From assembly GCF_006345805.1 (NCBI RefSeq), contig NC_043020.1:27590001-27654000 (forward strand): a stretch of DNA of 64,000 nucleotides. Reading direction: 5' to 3'. Below, one piece after another: positions 1 through 10,431 of this stretch. The notes under the pieces are model-generated. The model searched no databases and was not told the origin of the DNA. It saw only the letters and a list, made by a program, of their open reading frames with translations. Position numbers and translations under genes: made by a program. The stretch is from Octopus sinensis (Eukaryota). Numbering within the stretch: position 1 is the first letter of the stretch; every line of letters starts with the position of its first letter.

Positions 1-65
1 CCAAATATTTCCATTTTCAGCCGATGTTCAACGAACCCTTCAAATCCACCACCCTATCAAATTCG

Positions 66-595
66 ATGACTGGCGTCCATGCTAGCAGGGTGCAAAGAGC
101 ACCATACGAGCATGATTATTGACGGAACGGCCAACCGGCTTCTGTGTCAGTGGCACTTAAAGGGCACCATTCGAGCGTGATCGTTACCAGCATCGCCTTA
201 CTGGCACTTGTGCCCATGCTAGTAGGGTGCCAAGAGCACCATCCGAGCGTCATCGTTGCCAGAGCAGCCAACTGGCTTCTGTGCCAGTGGCACGTAAAAG
301 GGCACCATTCGAGCGTGATCGTTACCAAAGTCGCCTTCTGGCACCTGTGCTGGTGGCATGTGTAAAAGGATTCGAGCGAAGTCATTGCCAGTATCGCCTG
401 ACTGGCCCCCGTGTAGGTGGCACGTAAAAAGCACCCACTACACTCTCGGAGTGGTTGGCGTCAGGAAGGGCATCCAGCTGTAGAAACTCTGCCAGATCAA
501 GACTGGAGCCTGGTGCAGCCATCTGGTTTGCCAGCCCTCAGTCAAAACCGTCCAACTCATACTAGCATGGAAAACGGACGTTAAACAATGATGAT
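66..595 (+). mobile_element. Abundant SINE-like repeat with (GAT)n tail, family A
   Basis: Shared block GGGCATCCAGCTGTAGAAAC...CCATGCTAGCATGGAAAGCGGACGTTAAACGATGATGAT, plus internal GGCAC-containing subrepeats. Recurs at least 7 times in the window. Confidence 0.8.
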
Positions 596-1049
596 AATAA
601 TAATAATAATGAAATTATTGTATACAGTGCTCAGGTGCACCACAACTTGTCAGAGTATATGCAGTAATGCACAAATATCTGGAAAGCGAACAGTGTATGA
701 GTCAGATACATGCTTGCATGTATATGGAGGGGAGGAAATCAGGTGTAGTGTTGGTGAATCTCAGAAAGCATGGAAGTTTTGAAGGATGCAGTGCTCCGAC
801 AACTAACAACTGATGCCGGCAGTTTGTTCCATGCTTCAGCAACTCTCAGTGTGAAAAAATGTTTCCTAAAGTCATGGGAGCTGTGCTGTTTTCTGACTTT
901 GTAAATATGTCCACGGGTGTTAGATGGGTGGAGTTTGAAAAGGTGCTCAGAGTTATTGTTTGTCAGATGGTTGATAATTTTATGATGATGATGATGATAT
1001 TAATTATTATTATTATTATTGTTTTAATGCTTTGTCTTTTTGGTTTCAG

Positions 1050-1179
1050 GTCGATGCCATCGCTGCTTCACTTTACCAGTTACATGTTTTACTTTCATGG
1101 AATCATTATCGGTCCTCTTGCCTTCTATGCAGACTACATGCATTTTATAAATGGAGACTGGTACCGAGAATGGGAAGTT
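1050..1179 (+). CDS. MBOAT2: MBOAT1/2-like lysophospholipid acyltransferase, internal exon (first in window; upstream exons lie outside)
   Basis: tttcag acceptor and gtaagt donor. Encodes (R)SMPSLLHFTSYMFYFHGIIIGPLAFYADYMHFINGDWYREWEV, similar to MBOAT1/2 'PSLLEYLSY..F.GI..GP...Y.DY..FI.G'. MBOAT1 versus MBOAT2 orthology cannot be resolved by eye. Confidence 0.9.
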
Positions 1180-1214
1180 GTAAGTAAAACGTGTTCTTGG
1201 TATTAAGTACCATT

Positions 1215-1440
1215 TGATTAGGGAGCATTCGGGTGGAACTATCAGCACCCCGGACACAATGCTTGGCTGCGTTTCGTCTGTCTTTATGTTCTGAGTTCGA
1301 ATTCCGCCAAGGTTGACTTTGCCGTTCATCCTTTCGGGGTTGATAAAATACGTAGCAGTCAAGTACTGGGGCTGATGTAATCAACCAGCCCTCTTCCCCT
1401 CCCATCCCCAAATTTCAGACCTTGTGCCTATAATAGAAAG
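1215..1440 (+). mobile_element. tRNA-derived SINE, family B (central domain resembles Deu/Nin-type SINEs)
   Basis: GAGTTCGAATTCC B-box followed by GCCAAGGTTGACTTTGCC(G)TTCATCCTTTCGGGGTTGATAAA; many copies in the window. Confidence 0.7.
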
Positions 1441-1660
1441 GATTATTTTTAATGCAAAAATGGTGAGCTGGCAGAATCGTTTGCATGCTGAACGAAATGT
1501 TTAACCCCTTCTTTACCAACCCGGCTGAAACCACCTCTGGCTCTGTAGTACAAATGTCTTGTTTTCATAAATTTTGAATTAAAATCTTCCATCCAACCTT
1601 AGTTACAATTTATGTTCCTAACACCAGCTGTTTGCAAGTTCGATTCCAGACAGTGACCTG

Positions 1661-1693
<33 letters not shown>

Positions 1694-1719
1694 AATGATG
1701 ATAATAATAATAATAATAA

Positions 1720-2012
1720 AAATCTAAAAAATCTAAAAGAATCTAAAAACAGAAACAATTCCTATCATAGTAGGTGCATTAGGCATGATAAAAAAATATT
1801 CAGACAAATACATAACAAAAACACCAGGACTTACAAACACATATAACATACAGAAAATTGCACTACTAGGCACTGCACACATCCTACGCAGAGAACTTTC
1901 CATACAATAACCATCAGAGCATCACAACAAATCACAGCACATACCCAAGGCGCACACAGAGCTGCGCTCGGTAGTGAAGTGAAAGCACGCTATAAAAATA
2001 AAACTACTGAAT
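1720..2012 (+). mobile_element. 3' fragment of an R4/Dong-like (restriction-like endonuclease) LINE inside an (AAT)n tract
   Basis: 1740-1910 translates NLKTETIPIIVGALGMIKK...IQKIALLGTAHILRRELSIQ*, the typical R4-clade C-terminus. A short 3'UTR and (AAT)n follow. Confidence 0.75.
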
Positions 2013-2021
2013 AATAATAAT

Positions 2022-2061
<40 letters not shown>

Positions 2062-2064
2062 GTA

Positions 2065-2106
<42 letters not shown>

Positions 2107-2244
2107 TTAATAATAATAATATTAATAATAATAATAATAATAATATTAATAATAATAATAATAAAAATAATAATAATGATATGATAATAATGATAATTAT
2201 AATGATAATGATAATAATAATAATAAAAACAACAACATTGAAAA

Positions 2245-2410
2245 ATTCCTTAGGAATGAGAGCCCAGGTTTGAAATTTCCCCCAAAACACCTGATGAAGG
2301 CTGGAGAGTATATCAGCCGAAATGTTGTGCTAACATCAAACAAGATGAGGACAAATATCCATCAAATGTAAATAATGTAAATAATTCTTCATCTCTTAAA
2401 TATAGAACTG
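2245..2410 (+). mobile_element. Hammerhead-containing repeat tail (family H1)
   Basis: TTAGGAATGAGA.CCCAGGTT.GAAATTTCCCCAA.ACACCTGATGAAGGCTGG...CAGCCGAAA...CTCATCTCTTAAATATAGAACTG; same as 26035-26192 and 47518-47645. Confidence 0.8.
2287..2330 (+). ncRNA. Type I minimal hammerhead ribozyme motif (stem III C>T variant)
   Basis: acac-CTGATGA-a-ggctg..cagcc-GAAA-tgtt-gtgc. Confidence 0.55.
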
Positions 2411-2766
2411 TGAAGGCTAAAGAGTTAAGCCAATGATAATCATAGGATAAATGGTAATAATGAAATATTTGTTCCCCAGGATCTCAACTTTCTTTTTACA
2501 TTATTGTCCCTGCCTTCCCAATTCCTTGACCTTTTCCTTCCTCATGAGGTAGATATAGCTATTCTAAAATGCCACTATTAAATTCTTTAAAATACTGAAA
2601 TTTAAAAAGAAAAATTATTTTCTAAAATTAAATTTATTTCTAAAACATAACTTATATCTTAAAAGAATTAACTAATATTTATTTTATTTTAAAGAATTTA
2701 AAAGATTAAAACGAACTTTTTCTTATCTTATATTTCATTTAATATTATTATTTTTTCCTGTTCCAG

Positions 2767-2814
2767 GACGGCCGAATAGTTCAGAAGCCTTTAGAAAATG
2801 TGCCATCGCCAAGA
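2767..2814 (+). CDS. MBOAT2: MBOAT1/2-like exon
   Basis: ttccag/gtaagt, 48 nt, phase 0-0. Encodes DGRIVQKPLENVPSPR, matching the 'PSP' loop before the 'AV..K' helix. Confidence 0.85.
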
Positions 2815-3344
2815 GTAAGTTTCTCTTCAACTTTCTTTTTTATATATAATTTTATTTTTTTGTTATATCTTGGGAGGGTCATTATGCCAGTAAGGACACA
2901 CACACAGACACACTGGTTCGGTTTCACTTCTTTTTATTCTAGTTAACCATTTAACTAATAAATCAATCATTGAATCAGTCAACCAGACAGTCAGATTCGC
3001 CAAAGGCCATTCATTATCGTTCACAATCTCTATTCTGATTGACTGAATGATTAACCAAACAATTGATTGCTTAAACAGTTAATTAGTTGACTAATAATCA
3101 TAATGAAAGAAGTGAAATCGAGTTCCCAGGTTGAAGTCACTGGTGTTAGCGTTTTCGCTGGGAGATCAGGTAAATTATCTCCCCTACAACAAGGGAGATA
3201 ATCTATCATTACTAACTAAAACTGGGAGAGAAAAAACTGCCAAAATCTGTTCACACACACACACACACACATACTCTCTTATGCATGCATGAATACTTGG
3301 GTAAGTATATCGTCCGGACCAAGGGATCCAAGGAGGCGCACAGA

Positions 3345-3640
3345 GATCATCATCATCATCATTTAACGTCCGCTTTCCATGCTAGCATGGGTTGGACGGT
3401 TCAACTGGGGTCTGGGGAGCCCGAAAGCTGCACCAGTCCAGTCAGATCTGGCAGTGTTTCTACAGCTGGATGCTCTTCCTAACGCCAACCACTCCGAGAG
3501 TGTAGTGGGTGATTTTATGTGCCACCGACACAGGTGCCAGACGAGGCTGGCAGACGGCCACGCTTGGATGGTGTTTTCTTATGTGTCACCGACACAGGTG
3601 CCAGACGAGGCTGGCGGACGGCCACGCTCGGATGGTGTTT
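3345..3640 (-). mobile_element. SINE-like family A copy
   Basis: (CAT)n followed by ACGTCCGCTTTCCATGCTAGCATGG...GGATGCTCTTCCTAACGCCAACC and three ~35-bp subrepeats. Confidence 0.8.
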
Positions 3641-3879
3641 GTTTAAAAAAAAAACAAAAAAAAAACAAGAGGGCGCGGAGTCTCGTGAATTTTTGACGTG
3701 GTTGAGGTTGGTCTCACCCCTGTCCCATCCAGGGTCCTGAAAGTAACTTTGCTGTAGCTTGTAAAATTTCACCTGAAGGCCACACAACTGAAACCTTCAT
3801 CATGGTAACTGGTGGAGTGCCCCCCCTTCCCCCTTGTTTATGTAAACAAGGTGGACAGATTTGTCCAGTTTTTAATTGT

Positions 3880-4108
3880 TTAACCCTTTAGCATTCAAAC
3901 CGGCCATATCTGGCCAAAATATTTAACCTGTTTTATATTGAAACTGACCAGATCTCGCCTCTCACCTCAGCCCTACCATGTCATTCTAAAACTAAAATAA
4001 TCACATCACTGAAATCTCTAAACTACAAGATAATACATGATTAATTCAAACCATTTTAAATAAACAAACATCACATTTGACAGAATAATCTGAACATTAA
4101 AGGGTTAA
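3880..4108. mobile_element. piggyBac-type MITE
   Basis: TTAA-CCCTTTA ... TAAAGGG-TTAA (TTAA target duplication, CCCTTT termini). Confidence 0.75.
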
Positions 4109-4187
4109 AATGTCAGAAGCTCTTCTGTGATGAATGAGATTTGTTGTTCTGGTAACTGTGACTTTGTTTTTGTTTTTCTGTTTGTAG

Positions 4188-4278
4188 GTGGCTGTTACGA
4201 AGAAGCTTATCGGCGCCTGCGTTTGTGCTGTCATCCTGCTCACAATGCCGAAAATCATCCCGCCACAGAAGATGCTGG
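4188..4278 (+). CDS. MBOAT2: MBOAT1/2-like exon
   Basis: tttgtag/gtacgt, phase 0-1. Encodes VAVTKKLIGACVCAVILLTMPKIIPPQKML. Confidence 0.85.
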
Positions 4279-4299
4279 GTACGTTAACATTAACAAATT

Positions 4300-4575
4300 T
4301 TTTTGTGCCAACCTTGTCTGGCACCTGTGCCAGTGACACGTAAAAGCACCATCCGATTGTGGCCGTTTGCCAGCCTCGTCTGGCACCTGTGCCGATAGCA
4401 CATAAAAAGCACCCACTACACTCACTGAGTGGTTGGCGTTAGCAAGGGCATCCAGCCGTAGAAACATTGCCAGATAAGACTGGGCCTGGTGCAGCCTTCT
4501 GGCTTCCCTGACCCCAATTGAACCGTCCAACCCATGCTAGCATGGAAAGCGGACGCTAAACGATGATGATGATGA
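4300..4575 (+). mobile_element. SINE-like family A copy
   Basis: Same conserved block ending GGACGCTAAACGATGATGATGATGA. Confidence 0.8.
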
Positions 4576-4856
4576 CATACGAATCTCCATCTCTCCTTGT
4601 TCCTTGTTTGCTTGATGTCTGATGCTGTCAAGCTTTCTTCTGTTTCTAAACTTAATCACGTCTGTACTCCAACTTAAATTCAAGTACGGCTTATTTATAC
4701 TTGTGGTAGCATTCAACCAGGTTGAGTTGATCCAGCTTCGACAAACCACTCCTGGGCTGCGCAGTGCATTGAGCTTCTTGCACGAAACACTTCATTTTAT
4801 GTTGCTTCGTGATCACTCCAACATCTTACAATCATGGCTCCTACACCCTGACCCTT

Positions 4857-5085
4857 TTAACCCTTTTGTTACCAACCTGGCTGAAACCGCCTCTGGCTCT
4901 GTAGCACAAATATCTTCTTTTTATAAGTTTTGTATTAAAATCTTCCACCAAACCTTAATCACAATTTATGTTCCTAACACTAGCTTAAAGATAACTAAGT
5001 CATTTTACTAAATTCTTTGTTATATTTAAAGTAATTGAAAGAAACACAGAGCATCTCAACAGAAATATGGTGACAAAAGGGTTAA
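4857..5085. mobile_element. piggyBac-type MITE (second family)
   Basis: TTAA-CCCTTTTGTTACCA ... TGGTGACAAAAGGG-TTAA. Copies also at 5109-5572 and (partial) 1500-1625, 47365-47440. Confidence 0.8.
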
Positions 5086-5108
5086 AATATATAATAGAGA
5101 AACAATTC

Positions 5109-5572
5109 TTAACCCTTTTGATACCAACCCGGCTGAAACCGGCTCTGGCTCTGTAGTACAAAAGTCTTGTTTTCATAAGTTTTGAATTAAAATCTTCCAC
5201 CAAACCTTAGTCACAATTTATGTTCCTAACACTAGCTGAATGATAATACTAAGTTATTTTACTAAATTCTTTGTTATATTTAATGTAATTGAAAGAAACA
5301 CAGAGCATCTCCTGCAACGATTTCATCTCAATCGAAGGAGAGGGGCTTTCTTCGTCCGGGTTGCGGATCCGTGGAATAAGCTGCCGGACGAGATGGTGAA
5401 GATGCCGACGACCGCTCGGTTCAAAGTTTCCCTTGACCAGAAATGGCCTGAACTCTTTGTATGACCACCCTCCCTATACATAACTCCATGTCCCCCTACA
5501 TGGACTTGCTTTTTGCTTTTTGAGCCAAAAAATTAACTTAACTTATCAGAAATACAGTAATGAAAGGGTTAA
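5109..5572. mobile_element. piggyBac-type MITE interrupted by a CR1/L2 fragment
   Basis: Same internal sequence as 4857-5085, broken after GAGCATCTC and resuming at CAGAAATA...AAAGGGTTAA. Confidence 0.75.
5312..5545 (+). mobile_element. 3' end of a CR1/L2-group LINE
   Basis: Translates RFHLNRRRGAFFVRVADPWNKLPDEMVKMPTTARFKVSLD (RV...WN.LP...V.....FK..LD motif); short AACTT tail. Confidence 0.75.
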
Positions 5573-5696
5573 GCCATGCACCCCCACTTATACATACTAT
5601 GCACCACCCTAATCACTCCACACTCTTCTTATTTACACAAAACATATGGAACTTTCCGTTTGAGTATATCCTTTTCTTTCATTTTTTCCCTTTCAG

Positions 5697-5798
5697 AACC
5701 TGATTTCATGGAGAACACCAGTTTCCTGTGGAAGGTACTCTACATGACGGTAGCCGTATCGTTTGTACGAGAGAAATACTATTTTGCTTGGGTCCTAA
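5697..5798 (+). CDS. MBOAT2: MBOAT1/2-like exon
   Basis: tttcag/gtaagt, phase 1-1. Encodes EPDFMENTSFLWKVLYMTVAVSFVREKYYFAWVL with the conserved R.KYYFAW motif. Confidence 0.92.
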
Positions 5799-6036
5799 GT
5801 AAGTTGGGTGAACCCTACTTTCTGTAAACAACACTGTCTTAACTCTCACTTGCTGCAGTCATTAGGCTGTGGCCATGCTGGGGCACCACCTTGAGGAATT
5901 TCTAGTCGAATGACTCAAACTCTTCCCCCCAGGACTTGCCTGTGTTAAGCCAGGTGCTTATTCTGTTGATCTCTTTTTGTCAGATTGCTAAATTACGAGG
6001 ATGTAAACACACCAACGCCGGTTGTCAAGGGGTGGT

Positions 6037-6076
<40 letters not shown>

Positions 6077-6284
6077 TCGTAGTCGTGGCTAATGCTGGTT
6101 TCATGTTAGTGGCACCTGTTCCAGTGGCACATAAATTTTAGCCCCAAATTTTAGGGGGTTCCTTATATACGGTAAAATGTGGTATTTCGAAGTTATTGTA
6201 CCTTGGAAAATGGAGATCTTTCAAGTTGATGTTTGTTTTTTTTATATGTAAAACCCTACTTGTGAAGACCTGTTGAGGCAAGTG

Positions 6285-6597
6285 AAAATGAAACTGAAAT
6301 TCAAAATCGAAATCGATCAACATCAATGGAAATTGTAGCTGTGATACCAGTGCCGATGGCACGTAAGAGAACCATCCAAACGTGGCCGTTGCCAGCCTCG
6401 TCTGGCCTCCGTGCAGGTGGCACGTAAAAAGCACCCACTACACTCATGGAGTGGTTGGCATTAGGAAGGGCATCCAGCCATAGAAACATTGCCAGATCAG
6501 ACTGGGCCTGGTGCAGCCTTCTGGCTTCCCAGACCCCAGTTGAACCGTCCAACCCATGCTAGCATGGAAAGCGGACGCTAAACGATGATGATGATCA
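6285..6597 (+). mobile_element. SINE-like family A copy
   Basis: Conserved block and (GAT)n tail. Confidence 0.8.
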
Positions 6598-6639
6598 TGT
6601 AGTTGCTACACACAAAAAACGAACATTATATATACATGC

Positions 6640-6674
<35 letters not shown>

Positions 6675-6769
6675 GTTATCCCCTGACTATCGCGGCTGTT
6701 ACGTTCTAACCCCACCACCCCACCCTGTGATAGGTGAAAATCCGCGAAGTAGAAACAGTACTGTACTTT

Positions 6770-7127
6770 ACTCTCTTTTACTTGTTTCAGTCATTTGACT
6801 GCGGCCATGCTGGAGCATCGCCTTTTTTTTAATCGAGCAACTCGACCCCTGGACTTATTCTTTGTATGCCCAGTACTTATTCTATCGGTCTCTTTTTGCC
6901 GAACCGCTAAGTGACGGGGACATAAACACACCAGCACAATGCTAGGGAGACAAACACAGACACACAAACACACACTCACACACATATATACATATATACG
7001 AAGGGCTTCTTTTGATCGGCCCAAGGCTATAGTAGAAGACACTTGCCCAAGGTGCCACACAATGGGACTGAACCCGGAACCATGTGGTTGGTAAGCAAGC
7101 TACTTACCACACAGCCACTCCTGCGCC
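6770..7127 (-). mobile_element. tRNA-derived SINE, family C (CORE-like GGCACCTTGGGCAAGTGTCTT) with its 3' module
   Basis: Reverse complement of GGCGCAGGAGTGGCTGTGTGGTAAG...GGGTTCAGTCCC...GGCACCTTGGGCAAGTG, then ...CAGCATGGCCGCAGTCAAATGACTGAAACAAG. Other copies at 51369-51530, 48290-48660, 61975-62190. Confidence 0.8.
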
Positions 7128-7644
7128 TATACTGTACTGTATATTTTTTAAAGTTATTTTTATAATTTATATATATTTATTTTATTTTAAAGGCAAAAAA
7201 CAACACCGCGGAGGAATCGACGTAAGCTTAAATAATAAAACCGCGATAAGTGAACCGCGATACTGCGCGGGGTTACTGTATACGCACACACACACACGCG
7301 CGAACAATAACGCAGCGGGGAGTGAGCATGATTCGACGATTGAAAGAAATCGTATGCAAAACGAAATACTTCAGTAGTTACCTCCCTTTGGCCACTCGCA
7401 CGCGCGCCTAATAATTCCATTGGTGTTTCAAAGTTTTTGTTTCCCAGATTCGATCGATCACACACACACACACACACACTGATAAACGGTGAACTGAATT
7501 AATATTTAGGCCAGGGAACGGTGGGTAGCTGTACTTTTCAAGGCTTTTTATGTTTTTTTTCATTTTTGTTTTAATGATATCTTTACTTTATGAAGCGATT
7601 GAGTGCTACACTAGTCGCTGAAAACCATACCACACGCGTGTGTG

Positions 7645-7677
<33 letters not shown>

Positions 7678-7682
7678 ATGTG

Positions 7683-7715
<33 letters not shown>

Positions 7716-7769
7716 GTATATATATATATATATGTATGTATGTGTATATATATATATATGTATGTATGT

Positions 7770-7801
<32 letters not shown>

Positions 7802-8023
7802 ATTTATATATATGTATGTATGTGTATATATATATAAATAGATAGATAGATATCCGTGTGTCTATCTATCTATCAATCTATATATATATATATATATATA
7901 TCCGTGTGTATATTATCTATCTGTCTATCTATCTATCTGTCTATGTTGTTATTTTCATATATGTTGTTTTGTTGTTTTATTCCATGTGCTGTTGTTGTTG
8001 TTGCCGTTTACCTCCCAACACAG

Positions 8024-8127
8024 CCGAAGCAGTGAACAACTCTGCCGGATTAGGATTCAATGGTTTCGACGAAAAGGGGGAAGCCAAATATGACCTGTTA
8101 GAGAACGTCAATATATACGGAGTGGAG
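8024..8127 (+). CDS. MBOAT2: MBOAT1/2-like exon
   Basis: cacag/gtttgt, phase 1-0. Encodes TEAVNNSAGLGFNGFDEKGEAKYDLLENVNIYGVE (NN.AG.GF.G.D motif). Confidence 0.92.
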
Positions 8128-8463
8128 GTTTGTATCCCTTTTAATTCTTCTCCCACCTCTGTCTGTCTGTCTGTCCGTCCCTCTCTCCTACATGTTCACT
8201 TGCACATGTGGGACACTTTTGCTGGTTTCAAATGCAGACATTCTAAACTGCATCCCAGGAAAGGCCACTCGGACCATACGTGTTATGGATGAAACCACTC
8301 ACCATCTACTCACTGCAAGTCTGCTCTTCACTCTGACAAGCATTTCTATTACTACTACTACTACTGCCTATGCCACCACCACCACTACCAGGAGGTCAGT
8401 AATAGTAGAGTCAACATATGAGTTTCTCAGTTGGAGTCAGTGTCAGTTATGTGATGTATAGAG

Positions 8464-8583
8464 AATACCAAATTCATTCCCTATGGATACCGTATTTATT
8501 ACGAGTGGCTTTCGCTCGTTAGATACGTTTACAAGCCACGAGTTGTAATAAATACGGTATCCATAGGGAATGAGTTTGGTATT
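8464..8583. repeat. Inverted repeat (39-bp arms, 1 mismatch)
   Basis: AATACCAAATTCATTCCCTATGGATACCGTATTTATTAC at 8464-8502 versus its reverse complement at 8545-8583. Confidence 0.9.
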
Positions 8584-8680
8584 TTATTTATTACACACGA
8601 ATAAACGACCATATTTTATTAACCCAATAACTAAATTCTTCACGTTTAGTTGTAACTTATGAATGACAAAAGTAGTGCCA

Positions 8681-8785
8681 TCACCGTGACCTCGGGTCAT
8701 CACCATGAATTGACCAATCAGAAGCAGCGCTGTCACCGTGACCTCGGGTCATCACCATGGATTGACCAATCATAAGCAGCGCTCG
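8681..8785. repeat. Two ~52-bp direct repeats
   Basis: TCACCGTGACCTCGGGTCATCACCATG.ATTGACCAATCA.AAGCAGCGC x2. Confidence 0.85.
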
Positions 8786-8847
8786 CAGTATCTGACATAT
8801 GTTAGATACCAAAAATATCTCAAAGTGTTCTCACTCACATGTGTGTA

Positions 8848-8890
<43 letters not shown>

Positions 8891-9131
8891 GAGTTTGAGT
8901 TACTGTCAAGGTAGACGTTTGAAGTCATTGTCTTGTGGAGCTATTAGCAATAGCATAATAGATGAGTCAAAGATAACAAGAGTACTCAGAGAGCGCAAAC
9001 CTTTGCCAAGGCAACACCAATGTCCTCTCAACAATTAGCCAGAGATGATTTTTAAAATGAGAATATCTGAAATGAATTAGATAATTACTATTTTTAAATC
9101 TCACAGCATGAGATATTCAGCAACAGTACTT

Positions 9132-9324
9132 TGGAGTAAAGATTGTTTGCCAACATAACATGGCAGTCCTGGTTTAGGACGAATGTTGCTGTAATTTAGC
9201 CCCAGGAGACATCGTCTCCAGCTGGCTACACAACATGATCTGTGTTCTTATGTGTCCTAAATTACAGCAACATTTGTCCTAAACCAGGACTGCCATGTTA
9301 TGTTGGCAAACAATCTTTACTCCA
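9132..9324. repeat. Fold-back element/MITE with 68-bp arms
   Basis: 9132-9199 is the reverse complement of 9257-9324 with one mismatch. Confidence 0.9.
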
Positions 9325-9689
9325 TCTGAAATAAACTCGACTGCTCTCACAAATGAGAATACTAAAAATGAATCTGACTTCTCTCAAAAATTAAGTGAAA
9401 AGCAGGAAAAATAATTCAGAATACAGAATCCTTGTCTGGTAGCAGATTGATCCCTTAGCCTAATCAGTTCATGCTAGTCATGAGGCCAAACATCTCTGAA
9501 AGTATCATCTAGATCCATCCAGCAGATATTGAGATATCTTGTGCATTGACAAACAAACAAACACAACTGAAAACAACACCTCCACCTTTGCTAAGACGGA
9601 GGTAAGAAGAGGTGGAATACTGCCACAACATAATAGTGGCGACAAGAATATTCTTGTGCCAACAACAATATACAAGTGGACGAGGATCC

Positions 9690-9937
9690 TTCTTTCTTGA
9701 GCCATGCCAGACTCATAAGGGCCGGTTTCCTGGTTTCAGTGACGTAGAAATTTCCCACCTGGACAGGACGCCAGTCCATCACAGCATTACTCATTTTTGC
9801 CAGCTGAGTGGACTGGAGCAACGTGAAAATGAAGTGTTTTGCTCAAGAACACAACGCATCGCCTGGTCCAGGAATCGAAACCACAACCTTACGATCATGG
9901 GTTCAGCACCCTAACCACTAAGCCACGTGCCTCCACA
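9690..9937 (-). mobile_element. tRNA-derived SINE, family D
   Basis: Reverse complement begins GTGGAGGCACGTGGCTTAGTGGTTAGGG (A-box)...GGTTTCGATTCC (B-box)...CTTGAGCAAAACAC. Related copies at 39085-39385 (+) and 17705-17800 (-). Confidence 0.75.
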
Positions 9938-9958
9938 AGGATCCACATTATAACACTT

Positions 9959-10050
9959 TTACATGTCATCGGGACAGGTGCCTTTTAGATGTCATCGGGA
10001 CAGGTGCCTTTTACATGTCATCGGGACAGGTGCCTTTTAGATGTCACCAG
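9959..10050. repeat. 26-bp minisatellite (about 3.3 units)
   Basis: TTA(C/G)ATGTCATCGGGACAGGTGCCTT repeated. Confidence 0.9.
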
Positions 10051-10233
10051 TGCAGTGCCCTTTACGTGTCCTCCCCCAGTGCTGCTCACAAGCCTTTGAT
10101 CATCCCCTTGTCCATAGTAAAAAAACACTTGCTGCGCAGTGAGATTGAACCTGAGACCTCATGTTTAGGAAACAACCTTCCTACCCACCGACCCAATGTC
10201 TCCCTACAATTTTCCGATTCCTTTGTTTTGCAG

Positions 10234-10431
10234 ACTGCTGGCAGTCAGAAAGATATCATCGACAACTGGAACAAAACATCGACCATTTGGTTGCGCCACA
10301 CCGTCTACGACCGTGTGCCGAGGATGCGCACGATGTCCGTGTTTGCCGTGAGTGCGTTGTGGCATGGCTTCTACCCCGGGTATTACGTCACGTTTGCCAC
10401 TGGGGCCATGTTTACAATTACGGCCAGATTG
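10234..10431 (+). CDS. MBOAT2: MBOAT1/2-like exon carrying the catalytic MBOAT motifs
   Basis: ttgcag/gtaagt, 198 nt, phase 0-0. Encodes TAGSQKDIIDNWNKTSTIWLRHTVYDRVPRMRTMSVFAVSALWHGFYPGYYVTFATGAMFTITARL (DNWN and SALWHGFYPGYY). Confidence 0.95.

Noticed and set aside
7590-7845. Many ORF-track ORFs rich in YI/CV/HT/poly-I/L/N (also 10383-10867, 19301-19966, 22907-23402, 53405-56385, 62417-62841)
   Set aside because: They are translations of (AT)n/(AC)n/(AAT)n microsatellites with no coding signature.
9959-10050. Short regularly spaced repeats resembling a CRISPR array (also 12740-12822 and SINE subrepeats)
   Set aside because: No unique spacers, no cas genes, eukaryotic context; these are simple minisatellites.
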